Of a stretch of DNA of 10,116 nucleotides, positions 9,086-10,116 are shown one piece after another. The notes beneath the pieces were generated by a model. That model searched no databases. It saw only the letters and a list, made by a program, of their open reading frames with translations, and was not told the DNA's origin. Source of the DNA: Octopus sinensis (taxonomy: Eukaryota). The stretch is taken from assembly GCF_006345805.1 (NCBI RefSeq), contig NW_021827603.1, positions 1 through 10,116 of the forward strand. The letters run 5' to 3'. A program made the position numbers and the translations under genes. Numbering within the stretch: the first letter of the stretch is position 1; each line of letters opens with the position of its first letter.

Positions 9086-10116
9086 CGAGGTCTGATCAAA
9101 AAGTATCAGATCTGTTGCTATGACAACGCTGCTGAAGTACGCAGAGTAAAACCTCTTGGTAAAGATTGTCTTGAAACGCAGTCGCGCATGCACACTAAAT
9201 TCCTTTCCACTCTAGGCACAAGGCCCAAAGTTTTGGGGAGGGGTCCAGGTCGATTAGATCGATACCAGTACGCAACTGGTACTAAATTTATCGACCACGA
9301 AAGAATGAAAGGCAAAGTCGACCTCAGAACGTAAAAAACAGACGAAATACCGGTAAGCATTTCGCCCGACATGCTAACGTTTCTCTTCTACTCTAAGCAG
9401 AAGGCCCGAAATGCTTGGGGTGACCCCGAAAGGATGAAAGGCAAAGTCGACCTCAGTGGAATTTGAACTCAGAACGTAAAGACAGAGGAAATGCCTATTT
9501 CTTTACTACTCACAGAGAGGACAAACAAGAACAGACAAACGGTTTAAGTCGATTATGTCGACCCCAGTGTGTATCTGGTACTTATTTAATCGATCTCGAA
9601 AGGATGAAAGGCAAAGTCGACCTCGGCGGATTTTGAACTCAGAATGTAAAGACACGAAATACCGCTAAGCATTTTGCCCCGCGTGCTAACGCTTCTTTTC
9701 TACTCCAGGCACAAGGCTCAAAATTTTTGGGGAGAGGGTCATTCGATAAGGTCGACCCCATTACGCATTTGGCATTTAATTTCTCGACCCCGAAAGGATA
9801 AAAGGCAAAGTTGACCTCGGCGGAATTTGAACTCAGAACGTAGCGACGGGCGAAATACCTATTTCTTTATTACCCACAGAGAGGACAAACAAGGACAGAC
9901 AAACGGATTAAGTCGATTATATCGACCCCCAGTGCGTAACTGATACTTAATTTATCGACCCCAAAAGGATGAAAGGCAAAGTCGACCTCGGCGGAAATTG
10001 AACTCAGAACGTACGGCAGACGAAATACAGATACGCATTTCGCCCGGCGTGCCAGCGATTCTGCCAGCTCGCTGCCTTACATGCACACTAAATCACAACG
10101 TTTCTGCTCAGTTTCA
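9086..10116 (+). mobile_element. Left end of a Tc1/mariner-like transposon (9086-9200, resuming ~10094), interrupted by a SINE array
   Basis: TA followed by CGAGGTCTGATCAAAAAGTATC resembles mariner TIR starts of the TA-CGAGG...CAAAAAGT type (from recall). No right TIR or transposase is visible in the window. Confidence 0.55.
9201..10079 (-). mobile_element. Five-unit tandem tRNA-derived SINE concatemer flanked by a 14-bp direct repeat
   Basis: The core GAAAGGATGAAAGGCAAAGTCGACCTC recurs at 9299, 9428, 9598, 9792 and 9963. Only the unit at 9860-10078 has a complete head (AAGGCAGCGAGCTGGCAGAATCG). CATGCACACTAAAT occurs at both 9187-9200 and 10080-10093. Confidence 0.88.

Noticed and set aside
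9299-9989. Regularly recurring 27-nt motif resembling a CRISPR array
   Set aside because: The intervening sequences are homologous to each other and variable in length (~100-170 nt), the context is eukaryotic, and it is explained by SINE units.

Overview
AT-rich, repeat-dense, non-coding eukaryotic DNA with no credible protein-coding gene. All supplied ORFs fall in microsatellites or run through repeats. The tRNA-headed SINEs and microsatellite load resemble an octopus (coleoid cephalopod) genome; this is from my recall, not a database check. The window holds several tRNA-derived SINEs, a five-unit SINE concatemer bounded by a 14-bp direct repeat inside a mariner-like end, and a 440-bp MITE with 30-bp TIRs, an 8-bp TSD and internal (CCCTAA)n. 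It also holds two long palindromes. The main signal is six minimal type I hammerhead-ribozyme-like motifs in three sequence families (246-291, 1014-1060, 3229-3263, 3645-3690, 3726-3771, 8501-8535). Four of the six retain a self-complementary stem III like the dimer-acting hammerheads of Penelope-like elements. One family appears joined to a tRNA-derived head, one has a variant CCGACGA core in both copies, and one forms a fold-back that would mask its own ribozyme.
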